A DNA stretch of 64,000 nucleotides from NCBI RefSeq assembly GCF_009914755.1, contig NC_060931.1. One strand, written 5' to 3'. Below, one piece after another: positions 12,907 through 26,867 of this stretch (position 1 is the first letter of the stretch; the number at the start of each line of letters is the position of its first letter). This DNA comes from the human T2T-CHM13v2.0 reference genome, Homo sapiens. The position numbers and the translations under genes are program-made. The notes under the pieces were generated by a model. The model saw only the letters and a program-made list of their open reading frames with translations. It ran no database searches and was not told the origin of the DNA.

Positions 12907-13959
12907 AAAAAGAAAAAGTAATGGTTCGTTTATCCCATGTTAATAAGAAAAGTTATGGAATTTTGGAAAATCTTAAAGATATATTTTAATTAAAAAAGAA
13001 ATCAAACCAATCTTTCTTGAGTTATTAAAATAAAATATCTAATTCAATAAATTTCATACTTTGTAAGCATTATTTTAACATTGTATACATATTTTTAATG
13101 TGATTATATGTATGAGCTTATAAAAGTATACATATAAATAAGTGAAAACAATAAATATGTTATCTTAAAACTTGCAAAATTCTCAATCATATATTTTATG
13201 ATACATAGGTATCTAGAGACAACTGACTATAAATAAGATCAGTTTTTGTTTGTTCCCTTCAGTTTTATCTTACTCTCATTAAACTGACACACCATACAAA
13301 CAAATTTAAGAATATTCCATTAAAAATTGGTTTAATATGACCATTTATCTGTTAAAATTTTTTACATAAAACATTTCCTGATTATAATATTTTTATAATC
13401 CTGTTTTAGAAATTTTCTAAAAGTCTTCTTTTCATTGGTATAAAACAGACCTCAAAGGAGATTAAATTTTCTCAGTGGCAATAACTACGTTATTTTTACA
13501 TCCATTAAAAATATTTCTTTTCAAACCCTGAAACATTAAAATAATAATTTCTGATTATCTTTATTCTTTCTGTATATATCATTTTCACTGGTGATTAACA
13601 GTGACAAATTTCTATAAAAAGGACTTCATTGAAAGTAGTGCAAGTTGTGTGTGAATAGCAGCTGCCTGAGTACAAAGCTTAATCAGTACATATAGTTAGC
13701 GAAGACAGGTTTGTATTCATAAGCGCATAAACATTAATGACAAGGTGAAATAATTTTTGACAAGCAATTTTTTTTCATTGTGAAACCAAATTTTTAACTA
13801 TTATTCAAGTCTTTTCAGGCATAACTTTGATATTTTTCAAGTTGGTTAAAATATCATTGAACTTATATGTTCTATTACATGTTTTTGAAACAAATTTTTG
13901 GTTCTGGAAACCATAATGTGAGACTGTTTTTTTACAAGGTATTTTATTCTCTGCTTAGA

Positions 13960-14270
13960 GACCACCCTCTTCTATCCTCACCCTTTGCCTAGCCAGTTTC
14001 TCATCCATCAAATACCAACTTAAACTTCAGTTCCAGGAATGCCCAAAGAAAGTCTTCCACAATTCATAGATTAGATCATATGCCCATTCTTATTGTAACA
14101 ATGGTCTTTTATAGCAGTTATAACAACTGTGATTAAAACAGCTAATTATTTAATTATTATCTGCACTGGGGGCTATGATGTACATGCTCTGCTGGTAGGA
14201 ATTATGTCTTGCCACTGAGTCCTAGCACCTAACATACCACCAAGTACAAAGTATGTCCTCAATGACTATT
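13960..14270 (+). mobile_element. L2 3' fragment
   Basis: gagtcctagcacctaacata...tatgtcctcaatgactatt resembles the L2 tail. Confidence 0.5.
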
Positions 14271-14717
14271 AGAATTGATTTTGATCATGTATGACTAAAA
14301 AGAGAAAGTTAATTGGATGTTTAGGTTTTGATGTTGTATAGGAAAGCATAATTAGACAAGAGGGTCTAAAATCCTCTAAGAGCATATAAAATTAGAGGTG
14401 TGAAAGCATTTAATAATGTTAAGAGTATAATTTAAATACTTAAGGTACTTATTTTCTTACAGCAGATTTATTTACAATTTAATTGATATTTAGGTGCTTT
14501 AGTGAGGTTAATCTGCTTTATTGGTTAGGACCTGAGCCATATGAGTTTGAAGTTGGACATTCTACCTCTTGTCCATTTCAATGGGGAGTGGGAGGAATTG
14601 TTTCTATGGACTTAGACTATAAATAACCCCAACTTGTTTTATACATTGTCCTGATATTGGCACCCGTCAAAAGAGTGAGTGTCTTTGAACAACTGCACAT
14701 AGTGTTTAACTTCTCTG

Positions 14718-15296
14718 TGTCAAGGATAAGGAAAAACTTCCCCCTCACACTGTAAAGTTTTGCTGAAAACAAACACTGACAAGAGGCAGATTAATAGTAG
14801 AAAAGGTATATAAATTTATGTAATCATAGTTTCATGTGATATGGAAGCCTTTAGCATGGAGGACTGAAGATATCAGGAAAATTGTCCATTTTCTTTTTAG
14901 GTTCACCCAAGAACAGACAGCTATGTAGAAATATAATTGCACAAAAAGGCTATGATTTAATGCTGATAGACGGAATGGGGAAACCCAGCAAGGCCTATCT
15001 GTCTAGATTTTTCTTGGCCTCTCTGAGAATGCATTCCTTCTTACTGGGTATGGCCAGTTTTTACATAGAAAGGCAGAGGAACAGTTAAGAGTCATATTTT
15101 TAGGTTTTATGGCTGGCTTTGGGAAAAAGGGGTCCGATTTCTATGACCCAAGTTGGGGAAGAGGATTCTAGTTTCTATGGCTAGACTCAGGAGAGAATGG
15201 GACTGAGAGACAGAAGGGCAGGGGAAGGTCAGAACTACACTTTTGCTTCTGAGGCTGCTTTTGGGGCCTTCGCTTTGGTGCATTGTCTTCTGACAA
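14718..15296 (-). mobile_element. MER31-like ERV1 LTR
   Basis: ttggggaagaggattctagtttctatggctag; gagaatgggactgagagacag; ttttgcttctgaggctgc. Confidence 0.7.
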
Positions 15297-16885
15297 CTGA
15301 CAATTCTAGTCAACCAACATTTATTGAGCACCTGAGGTTACTGAGAAGACAACTGCACTGAGGAGCACAATGTCTGGCAGGAAAGCCAATACTGAGTGTA
15401 TTGAAACAATTATGACTATTTCATAGGTGAAGCTTATGATCTTTTTCATGCAAATTAGTTCACACATTCTGTCATGCTTAAAAATTGTAATTTCTGTCAA
15501 TAGAGTTTATAAGATTCTCACTTAAGAAAACTTTAGCTGCAGATTTTGAGTTTATTCATGTCTCCAAGTTTATGATCATTTGAGGGTAACTTTTTTTTTT
15601 TTCAAATGAAGCTGAATTTATATAGACAAATAACCTGTTTTGAAAACTTTCCTCACAAACCATAAAGTAATAAAGCAGATATGTGGGAAAAACTCATTAA
15701 ATAATTTTTCATTGACTTTGATAGAAATGTTTGAAATATAGCCAATTGCTTCAAGTCAGTATTTTGTAAATTAGTTACACATGGAAATTGATGATGAACC
15801 TATATTTTCTTGCAATCTAGCTACTCATTACTTGTAGACTAGTAGTACTTTATTTACTGTATCTCAGCTTTGCATTAGCATTAGTTTTATACTACAACTT
15901 AGTACTGTGTTATAGGCATCATAAAGCCAATAATTTGTCAGATACTTTAAATGTAAATTGGTAGATATTAAGTTACAGAGACAAATTACTATACCAGTAA
16001 CTTGATGAAATCTTTTCCACACAAAAACTCAGAGGGAAAGTGAGGACATTTTATTGAGTCAAGCTCAAGAAAGAAAAACTTTGTGTATGTTGCCACAATT
16101 TGAATGTCATTCAATCAGGGAGCCAGGCCAAGCAAAGTCAAGGAGAAAAGAGGTCAAATCAATTGGACTTTCTTCCTATTTAACAGAAATATTTTGAAAC
16201 CCTTAAGTAGTTTTTCTACTAACATGTTTTTGTCTAACTATTTGGAAAAACAGCCTCAAGCTGCCATTTCTGTCACAAGGTTGATTAGATGCAGAAACAA
16301 AGAAAGTCATATTACTAGGATGCATAAGATAATCAAACAAGTTATTTAAGTTAATTAACTATTATCTAATTTTGTAAAAATAAGTTCTGTGTAGAATCGA
16401 TCCAAATTATTGCAAGAATATTGTAGCCAGTATGTTTTCAATTTCTCCATTTAATTCTAATATTGTCTCCAGACTTGTATGTTTGAAATTAGTATGTGAT
16501 CATGTAAACATTGAGTGCTCTTTATTACCAGGGCAAAAGTCTTCAAACTTTAAAAAAAGTCACTAATATTTACTTGGTTATTGGAAATGTGTCTTTTAAA
16601 GACATTTATTCAGCTTTATCAATTATTTAATGTAGTTACAGGTAAATATTACTGGCTGCTAGGAGACAGGGCCTAGTATAATCCCTTTTCTGTATTTTTT
16701 TATGCATGGAAATACTGGGATAACTTGTTCAAATGTATAACTAGACGGAAATGGAAGAAGTATTTTGTTTCTATTTTCTGAGCAATATCATTCAATTGTG
16801 GGCCACATAGAGTACTAAAGTCACATTCCAAAAATCACATGGCAATCTACTATCAAATATGTTGTTAATCTATCACATGACAGCT

Positions 16886-17383
16886 TGTTGTGCTAAACCC
16901 CTATCAACTCCAAAGGGGATGGCACCAGATTCAAGAGGCAGACCAAGATACCCAGAGCCAGCAAATGAGCCATGGAGATATATTGAGGGCTTACATACAG
17001 GGAAGGAAGAAAGCCCAGTGGCAGTGGGCTGGATAGGAGACTTGCTGGCCCAGTGGTGGCAAGACAGGCAGAACTGCAACTGCTTGTAAAAGGCATGCAG
17101 TTCATATGACATTTTCACTTAACACCCTCCCTGTAACAACCTTTACCTGGCAACCTTCATTTAACCCAAAACAAAGGGGCTGATCTCCTCTGTGGCCCAA
17201 GTTCTTTGGGAAGGGCCAGGGGCTCAGATGTTCCTCATTGATAAGGAATGAATCTCAGATTGACCACTCCCGGATTCCTTAGCAAAGAAGTTCTGGACAC
17301 ACATTCAGGCGAATCTTCCACATAGGGTCATTCTCAGGGTATGTGCAAGTCAAGTTATTGCTGTCAGGTGCGTCTACCATACA
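16886..17383 (-). mobile_element. LTR47-like solo LTR
   Basis: Reverse strand starts TGTATGGTAGACGCACCTGACAGCAATAACTT...ACCCTGAGAATGACCCTATG and contains aaggaatccgggagtgg; family name from recall. Confidence 0.65.
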
Positions 17384-17585
17384 CCACTCAACTAGATTCT
17401 CTAAATCCAGGAAATGAAAAGCATATAATTTGTTAGCAGTTTTGTTATACAGCTATTAGAATTACTAGTCATTTTCTCAACATTGAAAGAATTATATCAA
17501 TCGTCATCTTTGATTCAGGGAAAGATCTAGGTAGTTGTCTTTCTTTTTTAAAAAAGGAAGAGAGCAAGAAAACTAGCATGGGTTC

Positions 17586-18030
17586 TGTGATGGTTAATAT
17601 TGAGTGTTAAATTGATTGGATTTAAAGATGCAAAGTATTGTTCCTGGGTGTGTCTGTGAGGGTGTTGCCAAAGGAGACTAACATTTGAGTTAGTGGACTG
17701 GGAAAGGTAGACCCACCCTCAATCTGTGTGGGCACAATCTAATCAGCTGCCAGTGCGGCCAGAATAAAAGCAAGCAAAAGAACATGGAAAGACTAGACTG
17801 GTTTAGTTTCCCATCTTTCTCCCGTGCTGGGTGCTTCCTGCCCTTGAACATTGGACTCCAAGTTCTTCAGCTTTGGGGCTTGGACTGGCTTCCTTTCTCC
17901 TCAGCTTGCAGACGGACTGCCGTGATATCTTACCTTGTGATCGTGTGAGTCAATAATCCTTAATAAACTCCCATTTACATATACATCTATCTTATTAGTT
18001 CTGACCCTCTAGAGAACCCTGACTAATACA
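17586..18030 (+). mobile_element. MLT2A (HERVL) solo LTR
   Basis: tgtgatggttaatattgagtg...gagaaccctgactaataca; 5-bp TSD GGTTC (17581-17585, 18031-18035). Confidence 0.92.
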
Positions 18031-19261
18031 GGTTCTTTCTCAGCTCAGTTTTAGAAAAGTGTAAATATGGCTTTGACTATATTGCCTGGGTGTCCTTTGA
18101 AAGTCTTTGTCTACTCCAGCCGATAAAATATCCAATGTCAAAACCAATAGTTCAGACTATAGGAGTAAGTTTAGGCTCCTTAACCTGGCATAGATTCTTT
18201 CTGGTTGTGGCAATTATCTACCTTCCCAGCTCTATCCTCCAGCATAGCCCACTCCAGATGCCAAGGGATGAGATCTCACTGACCTAGTTGCTAATTCCTA
18301 AACATGAAAAGCTATTTTCACTCTCTGTGCTCTTGAAAATATTGTTTCCCTCTTCAGTTAAAGAAACCACTTGTCCTTCTAGATTCTGGCAGTTCTACCT
18401 CCACAATAAAGCCCTCTCTGATTTTAGGAAGCAGAATTTCTCACATCTGTGTTGGTCATTCTGATCTAATGACACCATTCACATTGCATTGATATTGTTT
18501 GTTAAAATTTTAATTAGACTTATTATAGAGATCTTGGAATGTCTATTTTTTAATACTTATTTGTATTTTTAATACTTATTTGTATTATCTAGATTGGAGG
18601 TATTCAATAAACATTGGATTAATACATATATTTGACTAAGGTAAACATTTTAAGAATATGCGTTAGCAATGTGATATATTCCAATTGCTATATAAATTGT
18701 ATTTTATAAACTCTGACAATATTTCCCTTTGTAACTCAATTTCCTTTTTATTATTTTCCATAATTGCTCTGTATTATATGAATAAATTATGTTTAGTACA
18801 TTCATGGACTATATATTTAAATACTATATATCATAGTATTTTACCTTGCCTGTCATACTCTTTCCTTGGTTCATTTGGGGTGTTATTGCTTATTTGAGTT
18901 TATAAAATACAGTAAAATTCAAATTCATAAATGGACATTGTTTCAAGAGTTCATTATTAAATCAGTTGTTTTGATTTTAGAATTTATAGTCCCAAAGAGA
19001 TAAGGCTGTAAATGGTGATTAAATTGCAAGGTGGCCAAGCAGAGCCTATTTAACCTATCCTAACATGAAATATGGTATAATGGTATGATTTCAAATGTAT
19101 TTAAAATAAAATAACACTAGAAGGAAGGACTATTAATTTTCCCTAATAAACTGCATTTTGATTTCTAACTGAATAATGTTAGAAATGCATTTTTAGGGCT
19201 TTTGAAACTCACTTGAGATGAAGAAAGGCTAAAGAAAAGAGGGAGGGAAATGTGTTTTACT

Positions 19262-19764
<503 letters not shown>

Positions 19765-21044
19765 TTTTTATCTTTTTATATATGCATTCGAAGAGGGATA
19801 TCTCTGCTGTTAAACGTCTGCATAAACGGAAGCACTTCTTGAGAGCACCAATTTCTGGGAATTATTAATTTGAGAAAAAGAAATATCTCTCCCACAGGGA
19901 TCTATGAAAGAATCCAGGACTTGTTCTATGCTGCTCTCTATTGAATTATATTGCTATTTTGTAAGAAGGAAAAGTAAGTGCTTGGGATAATCTAAAATTC
20001 ATTAGATTAAACATGATTACAAATTAGCGACTTCAGTTTAAAAGGTAACATCAATGGTGATACACATTAAATGTGTTTGTAATTTTTAAAATCACTTGAC
20101 AAGATACTTTAGATTTAGAGAATTTCTTGAAATAATTTAAAATAGTTAACAATGCTTGTTCATCAACAATGTAGGATAAATACTTGGCAAGACATGATAA
20201 AGTTTTATACAGGCTTTACTAATAACACACCGTATGTATACATGAATATATGCACACTGATTAGTTCAGAATAGAATATTAAGGCATATAAAAATAAATA
20301 AGGCACAGCAAAATAAATATCCCCAAATGGCTAAATAAAAAAAATAAAAACCACAATGAAAACTTCAAATGTATTAATATGATGGACATCTAAAATTCAA
20401 AAATTATATTGGGTTGTTTTTGACACTTTAAAAATAATATAAATGAAAATGTATTAAATATATAGAAATAAGTTATATTCATTGTACGCCAACTAAGATA
20501 ATGCCTGGATGAAAAATATCCTTATATATCTACTTTCATTGTTTTCTGGATGTCACATTTGAAGTTCAGTTTCAGAACTACTAATAGAACAAAACAGCGT
20601 TGGTAAATGGTATCTGTAAATTTAGTTGTTTAATCCAAACTTCTTCTCTAGTGCCTAATTATTATTAGCATCAGCTGGCATTATTGATAATGCAGTTTTG
20701 GAGAATGTCTCCTCTGAGCTGTACTAATGTTAACTATGTACACTAACTGCTAGTAAATATAGTCAATGTGTAGTATAGTGTTTACCCATAGTTTCCACTG
20801 AATACATTTCCATGTGCTATCTTTAAAATAAATATATTATGTATTGCCACAAATGTCTTTTGAGAGCATGAACATGTTTTTATAATGGAAGAAATTATAA
20901 TAAATATAATAAATACTAAGATATTATCATTATCTTCTCTCTTTCTAGACCTAATTTATTGAATTTCTATTAAAAAATGTAAAATATCTATTCGATGCAA
21001 CTAAACAAGCTAATATTAAGTCTCTTCTTACTTCTGGGAGATAC

Positions 21045-21212
21045 CATGATGTAGTAAAAACAATGTTGTATTAGGGAAAAGGAAACAACCTCAAATTTTC
21101 CTGTGTACTTTCTAGCTTCGTGGCTCTGAAACAGTCACTTGTCTCCTGGCCTGAAAGCCAATTCCAAACTAAGATAATGTCCTAAAGGTCCTTCTAGTCT
21201 TAAATCTATAAT
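21045..21212 (+). mobile_element. MIR/MIR3-like fragment
   Basis: tggctctgaaacagtcactt...ctaaaggtccttctagtcttaaa; very diverged. Confidence 0.45.
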
Positions 21213-21240
21213 TAGAGAGCAGTGTTTTAAAATTTCTATA

Positions 21241-21288
21241 CACACACACACACACACACACACACTATATATATATATATATATATAT
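21241..21288. repeat. Compound (CA)n(TA)n microsatellite
   Basis: Directly visible. Confidence 0.95.
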
Positions 21289-23745
21289 GTTGATGTTTAT
21301 TTTTTCCTAATACAGACCAAATTTTATTCAGTACCTATACCTCAAAAAATAGTTTGTAAAGAAGTCTATTTTCCCATATATAGACATAAATTTGAGTTGC
21401 ATGCCAAATGTAGTACTAAACTGTAAGTCAGTGACTTTATAACATATGGCAATTCATTTAAAGTTGATTCATGTAGTATTACTAGGCAAAGCATAATATG
21501 AAAGAATCTTTAAAGTAATTGCAAAAAAATTGCTTAAAACATTGCTCTTTGATTTTTTTAAACAGATGCCGTATGATTTGTTTGTGGATGGGAGGTTATG
21601 AGTAGAGTGTAGTGACGTTGATGTCTTCTGTGGAACTTGCTATTTGTTAGTTGTTGACTACATGTACTAGTTGTTAGTACATTAAATATGTACTAGCAAT
21701 TAGCGTATATAATCAACAATATTTTCACAGATACTTTGTGCTTTCGCTAGCACTGTTTTTGAGGTTAGTTCACATTTAGTTTATTTTTGTATTGTCTTCA
21801 CCTTTCTTAAAGTAGAAGCCTGTTGAAATCACATGGGCAGATCTTAATTTGCAGGTTTTTTTCACTTGTTACCAAAGAAACCTTCCTTATAATCATACTT
21901 TTGTATTCATCCCCTTTTTCTTCTATGTCATTTTCTCTTCTGTATGTCTCGTATATGTATTTGTGTTGAGATCTCTGTGGTGCTAGAGGCTTTATGTTTC
22001 GTATCATGTAATCTGGTGGAAAGGGACTATCCTCCCATTGTAGCATGTGAGTGGTATAGATTATAAAACTTACTGAAATATGGTTACATGCGTGGGACTG
22101 TGAGGATGAATTCCCTGGGGCTTAGGGGTAAAGGTTAAGAATGAGTTTATTCATGGTTTAAAGTATCATTTTCGTATGCTTGAGAAATTAAAACTATTGT
22201 TAGTGCTTTAAGCATTCAAATAATAAAACATTTATTGCCTTCACATAGACATTTTTCTGAGTTTTTATTTCATTAGAAGAGATTCTTTGAAGGGAAATTA
22301 CTAGGACAATGGATTTGAACAATTTAATCCTCTTGGTATATATCGCCCAAGTGCATCACTGAAAATTACCAGTCTTGTCATATTTTGACGTTTGAAAGCT
22401 CTCCTATTTATTATTTTAATTTGTTTCTGAAGTTGAGAAATTTTAAGAGTATTAAACATTTGTATTTTGTATTCTAAAGATTTACCATTTTTTCTGTAAC
22501 TGAGAGCACTCAGAGATCAGCTACCACTCTTACCCTTCCTTCACATCTTTTTCCTATAATGAGGCTCTTTCTTGTACCTTAGAATTTTATTTACTTTTTA
22601 AAAGCAGCATATTATGTAAAATGTTCTGTAAAAAAATCTGTGCTTTGTCCTCATTTTTCTGCTTTTTATGTCTCTTACATATCCTTTTAATGTCTCAATT
22701 CTCTAAGTTATCATTTTATACTCACCCCTCTGTAGTTTTTAAAAATTTTGCTGATAGTTATTCTCGAATTCAAAATCTTTCAGAATCTCCTTCCTGTGAT
22801 TAGGTAGAAACTCCTCTGCTTTATAATAAAAGCCTTCAACAAAGAGTATTTGTCTTCCATTTTTCCAGTTTACTTCCATTCATTTAGGCTACATTCTAGC
22901 CAGCTTGAATTATCTGTATCCATCTTCCTCTGAATTTCTCAAACGTATTCTCACATTTGAATCTTTGTTAATTTTGGTTCCACTTTCTTGACAGCTTTGT
23001 CCTGTTATCTCTAACTGAAACTCTACAAGGCACATTTAGAATTTTACAACTCTTCATGAGAGCTAATTTAATCCTCAGTGACAGTTTATTGGAATCATCA
23101 TTTATGGATTTACCATGCTATGTTGAATAGAAGTTGTCTTAAGTTACCCTATAGTAATGATGTCAGCACATCAAGGGTTGGTTCTGCCTGCTCTTTCTCA
23201 TGGCACTGTGGGTCTTTATACATAATAAAGTATACATACACAATTATTTAATTGAATTAAACCTAAGTGGTAGTTGGTTAAATCCAGATTTATTAAAAAG
23301 CTTAAATTAAGTCCTACAGGAAAGGTCTCAAAAGTTATCATGGATTTTCATATTTGATTTATACACTGAGCCAGAAGCTTTGGAATTATTACTACTCTGG
23401 CTTAGAGAGCATATTTATAAATATTCTTTTGGGGAAATACCTTTCCTGTCTTTAAAATAAGGTAGGCCCACTGCAAATAATTCCATAAGTAACCTTTCCT
23501 ATGCCACCCATGGGCATTGGGCAGTAGAGCCTCAAAATCCAGTTAATATTTAAAGAGGACAGTCTGAATATAGGGAATCATGAAACTATCTCTCTATGCT
23601 TGGAGAGATTTTTAATTTGACAATGTAAATAGGAAGTAATATTTAGAGAGATACTTTAACAAAGAGATAACAGAAAATCTACAAGTTCCATCTTAATGAG
23701 AAATTGGTATTTCTAAAGACGTGAGAAGACATCTGCTTCTGATCA

Positions 23746-24054
<309 letters not shown>

Positions 24055-25884
24055 TCATACACACACACAAGGACAGTGATCCTAGAGTAACAGCAGCAAT
24101 CAAGATGAATCATAATTACCCAAGCTTATGGCCTGGAGGGAGTTTTCAAGCTGTAGTAAAGCAAGGGGCAACCCCGGCAAAGCCTGGCAGACGCCAGTTG
24201 AGGAGATGGAGCAGACAGTGTGGGGAGGCCAAGGTGGATAAAGTTTGGAAGACAGAGTACCAGAGAGGGGAATACTGAGCAGATAATTCCAGAGCTGTTC
24301 TAGGCCCCACTCAAAACTGATACTTCTTTTTGTCATCTAACATATGGTCCCAAAACTATTCTTAGGTATGGAATGAATGTGTTCCCTCCAAAACCCAAAG
24401 AACCAGACACTATGAATCCTTCTTTGTACTAAAGTATGCAAAATGCACCAATCTGTCCCTTACTTTGGAGAACCAATGTCTCAGTGCCCATGACCACTGG
24501 ACCCCTTTAAAGAAGAGGCAGTTCCCTGAATCTTCAAAACTTTCATTTTCCAGTCTCTGTAGCATGTGTGTTTCATCACATCTTCCAGGGTTCTAGCCAA
24601 CAGTTGCTCACCATACCCAATCATTTTATGTTGAAATAATCAGTGTGATATTACATGGGATGTTCAGATGGCCCAGCTCTCTTGAGATTAGATTATGATG
24701 AAATGTAGGAGAGTTAGCCTAGTCCTGAACCAAAACAGTATGTGTGTATTGTTGTCTGTTGCATGTGAATTTGGTTCCTGGTCCTCTTTTCTGACTGGAT
24801 AGGAAAGAACAAAATTTGCAAAATCAATGCCTACATTTCAAATACCTGAATCAAAATTAATCCGTTCTAGTGGAACTTCACACCTGGCAAGACAGCTATG
24901 ATAAGGATGCTATTTGAACTCGAGATAGCCTACAGTCATTCTCGAGGATCCGTCTAGCTATTGTGGGGGCTGTATTGGTGAATTAAATGGTATATTGTAT
25001 GAACCACCACTTATACATTTGATAAACTTTTAAAAGTGGCACTAGTCTCCATAATTCATCCCAGAATATAATACTGATTTTGATTTCTTATCTTTGCAGA
25101 GAGTTGGAGCCTGTATCATAGGCTTCCACTTGGCTGTCCCCACTATCTTTTTCCCCAATAACTGGTTATTCAGGTACATGAGACCCAATATGCAGAGGTG
25201 AAAGCTTTTAGCAGACCTATCAAGCTTCTCTATACATGGTCTCTTTTCTTAAATTTATTTTTTTAATTACCATATTGCAGTTGTACATACTTATGGGGAA
25301 TAGTTTGATACATATATATATATTCAAAAACATACACATAATGTCCCCACTGTAATTGCTCTTACTTCGTAGATCAAGTACCTAGTGCTGGGGTTTCTTT
25401 AATTGACAAGTATGTCAATCTCAACTATACATTTAGGGGCTAAGGGTATTGCCATTGGGTGAGTGTACAGACCTGGTTAATATAAGGTAAGCCAGACTTA
25501 GCTTAGGACTCCATTTGTTACCTTTTTCTCACATGCTCCCACTCTAGTGTGGAGGTTACGATGACACTTCATGTCTTCAGGTATCAACATCATGAACCCT
25601 GCGTTTTCAAAACATCTGGGCAGTTCCAGGTGCACAGTTCCTTGGGTAAACAGCCACAGGTCTGTTTGAGGGAGATAGAGGATCATTACACTGTGTATTT
25701 GTCATCACGTGGCAGGATCTTCCTCTGGAGATGTGTTCATGTCTTTAGTGAATCTATTGACCTTTTAGTCAATAGGTTCTGGTCCTGAAACCTGACTCAG
25801 ACAAAGAAACTGGCAAGTGATTATGACATTTTATTGAGGTGACCACTTTTAGCCTTTTGCTCATTCATTCTTGCTCACTTGTTT

Positions 25885-26120
25885 TTATGTTACTCATTGT
25901 AGCAAAATATAAATAACATAAAATTTACTATTTTAATCATTTTTAAGTGTACAATTCTCTGGCATTAAGTACATTCACACTGTTTTTGCAACCAACATCA
26001 TATCCATCTCCAGAACTTTTTTGTCATCTCATACTGAAACTCTGTACCCATGAAACAATAACTCCTCATTCCCTTTCCTCCTTATAGCCACTGGTAATCA
26101 CTATTCTACTTTCTGTCTTG
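25885..26120 (-). mobile_element. L1MB 3' end fragment
   Basis: aacataaaatttactattttaatcatttttaagtgtacaattc...ctgaaactctgtaccc...ctattctactttctgtct. Confidence 0.8.
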
Positions 26121-26508
26121 CTCACTTTTGATATTATGTTAAGCAGCACCTTGATGACTGCCTGCCTATTTTGTCCTTGGAGGTGCCATATTCTATTTAC
26201 CGTCTTCATAATGCTCTATGGCCCTCTGATTTTGTTGCTTGTTAAAATAATTATAAAACCCTGACTTCTGCTAGTTCAGCCACACCACCTTGCTTTTGTT
26301 GCTTCCTACCTTTGCTATCAGCAAGTGAGTTTCTGTGATAGCCTCTACCATCAGCCTTGGCCTATACAACAGAGCCATCCCTGACCATTTTAGTGATGCT
26401 AATGATGCTCAGGCCTGCACATTTGTTATAATCCTGGTAAACAGTATGTCTTCTAGGCCTTCTCAAGAAAGATTTTGTTTTTTGGAGAATCTTGTGGCCT
26501 CACATAAC

Positions 26509-26867
26509 ATTTTCATGCTGCTGATAAAGCCATACCCGAGACTGGGTTATTTACAAAAGAAAGATATTTTTGGACTTACAGTTCCACATGGCTGGGAAGG
26601 CCTCACAATCATGGCAGAAGGCAAGGGGGAGCAAGTCATGTCTTATGTGCGTGGGATGGCAGCAGGCAAAAAGAGAGCTTGTGCAGGGGAACTCCCATTT
26701 TTAAAACCATCAGATCTCGTGAGACCCATTCACTGTCACGAGAACAGCATGGGAAAGACCTGCTCCCATAATTCAATCATCTCCCACCGGGTCCTTTCCA
26801 CAACACGTGGGAATTATGGGAGCTACAAGATGAGATTTGGGTGGGGACACAGAGCCAAACCATATCA
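26509..26867 (-). mobile_element. THE1B-like solo LTR
   Basis: THE1 body ending ccaaaccatatca; ATAAC on both sides (26504-26508, 26868-26872); about 10 terminal bases missing. Confidence 0.9.

Noticed and set aside
18546-18586. Small tandem duplications here and near 40105, 46412 and 57740
   Set aside because: Ordinary slippage duplications of 15-28 bp with no further structure.
21807-22046. 79-aa minus-strand ORF with protein-like composition
   Set aside because: No recognisable homology, no clear splice context; this length is expected by chance.
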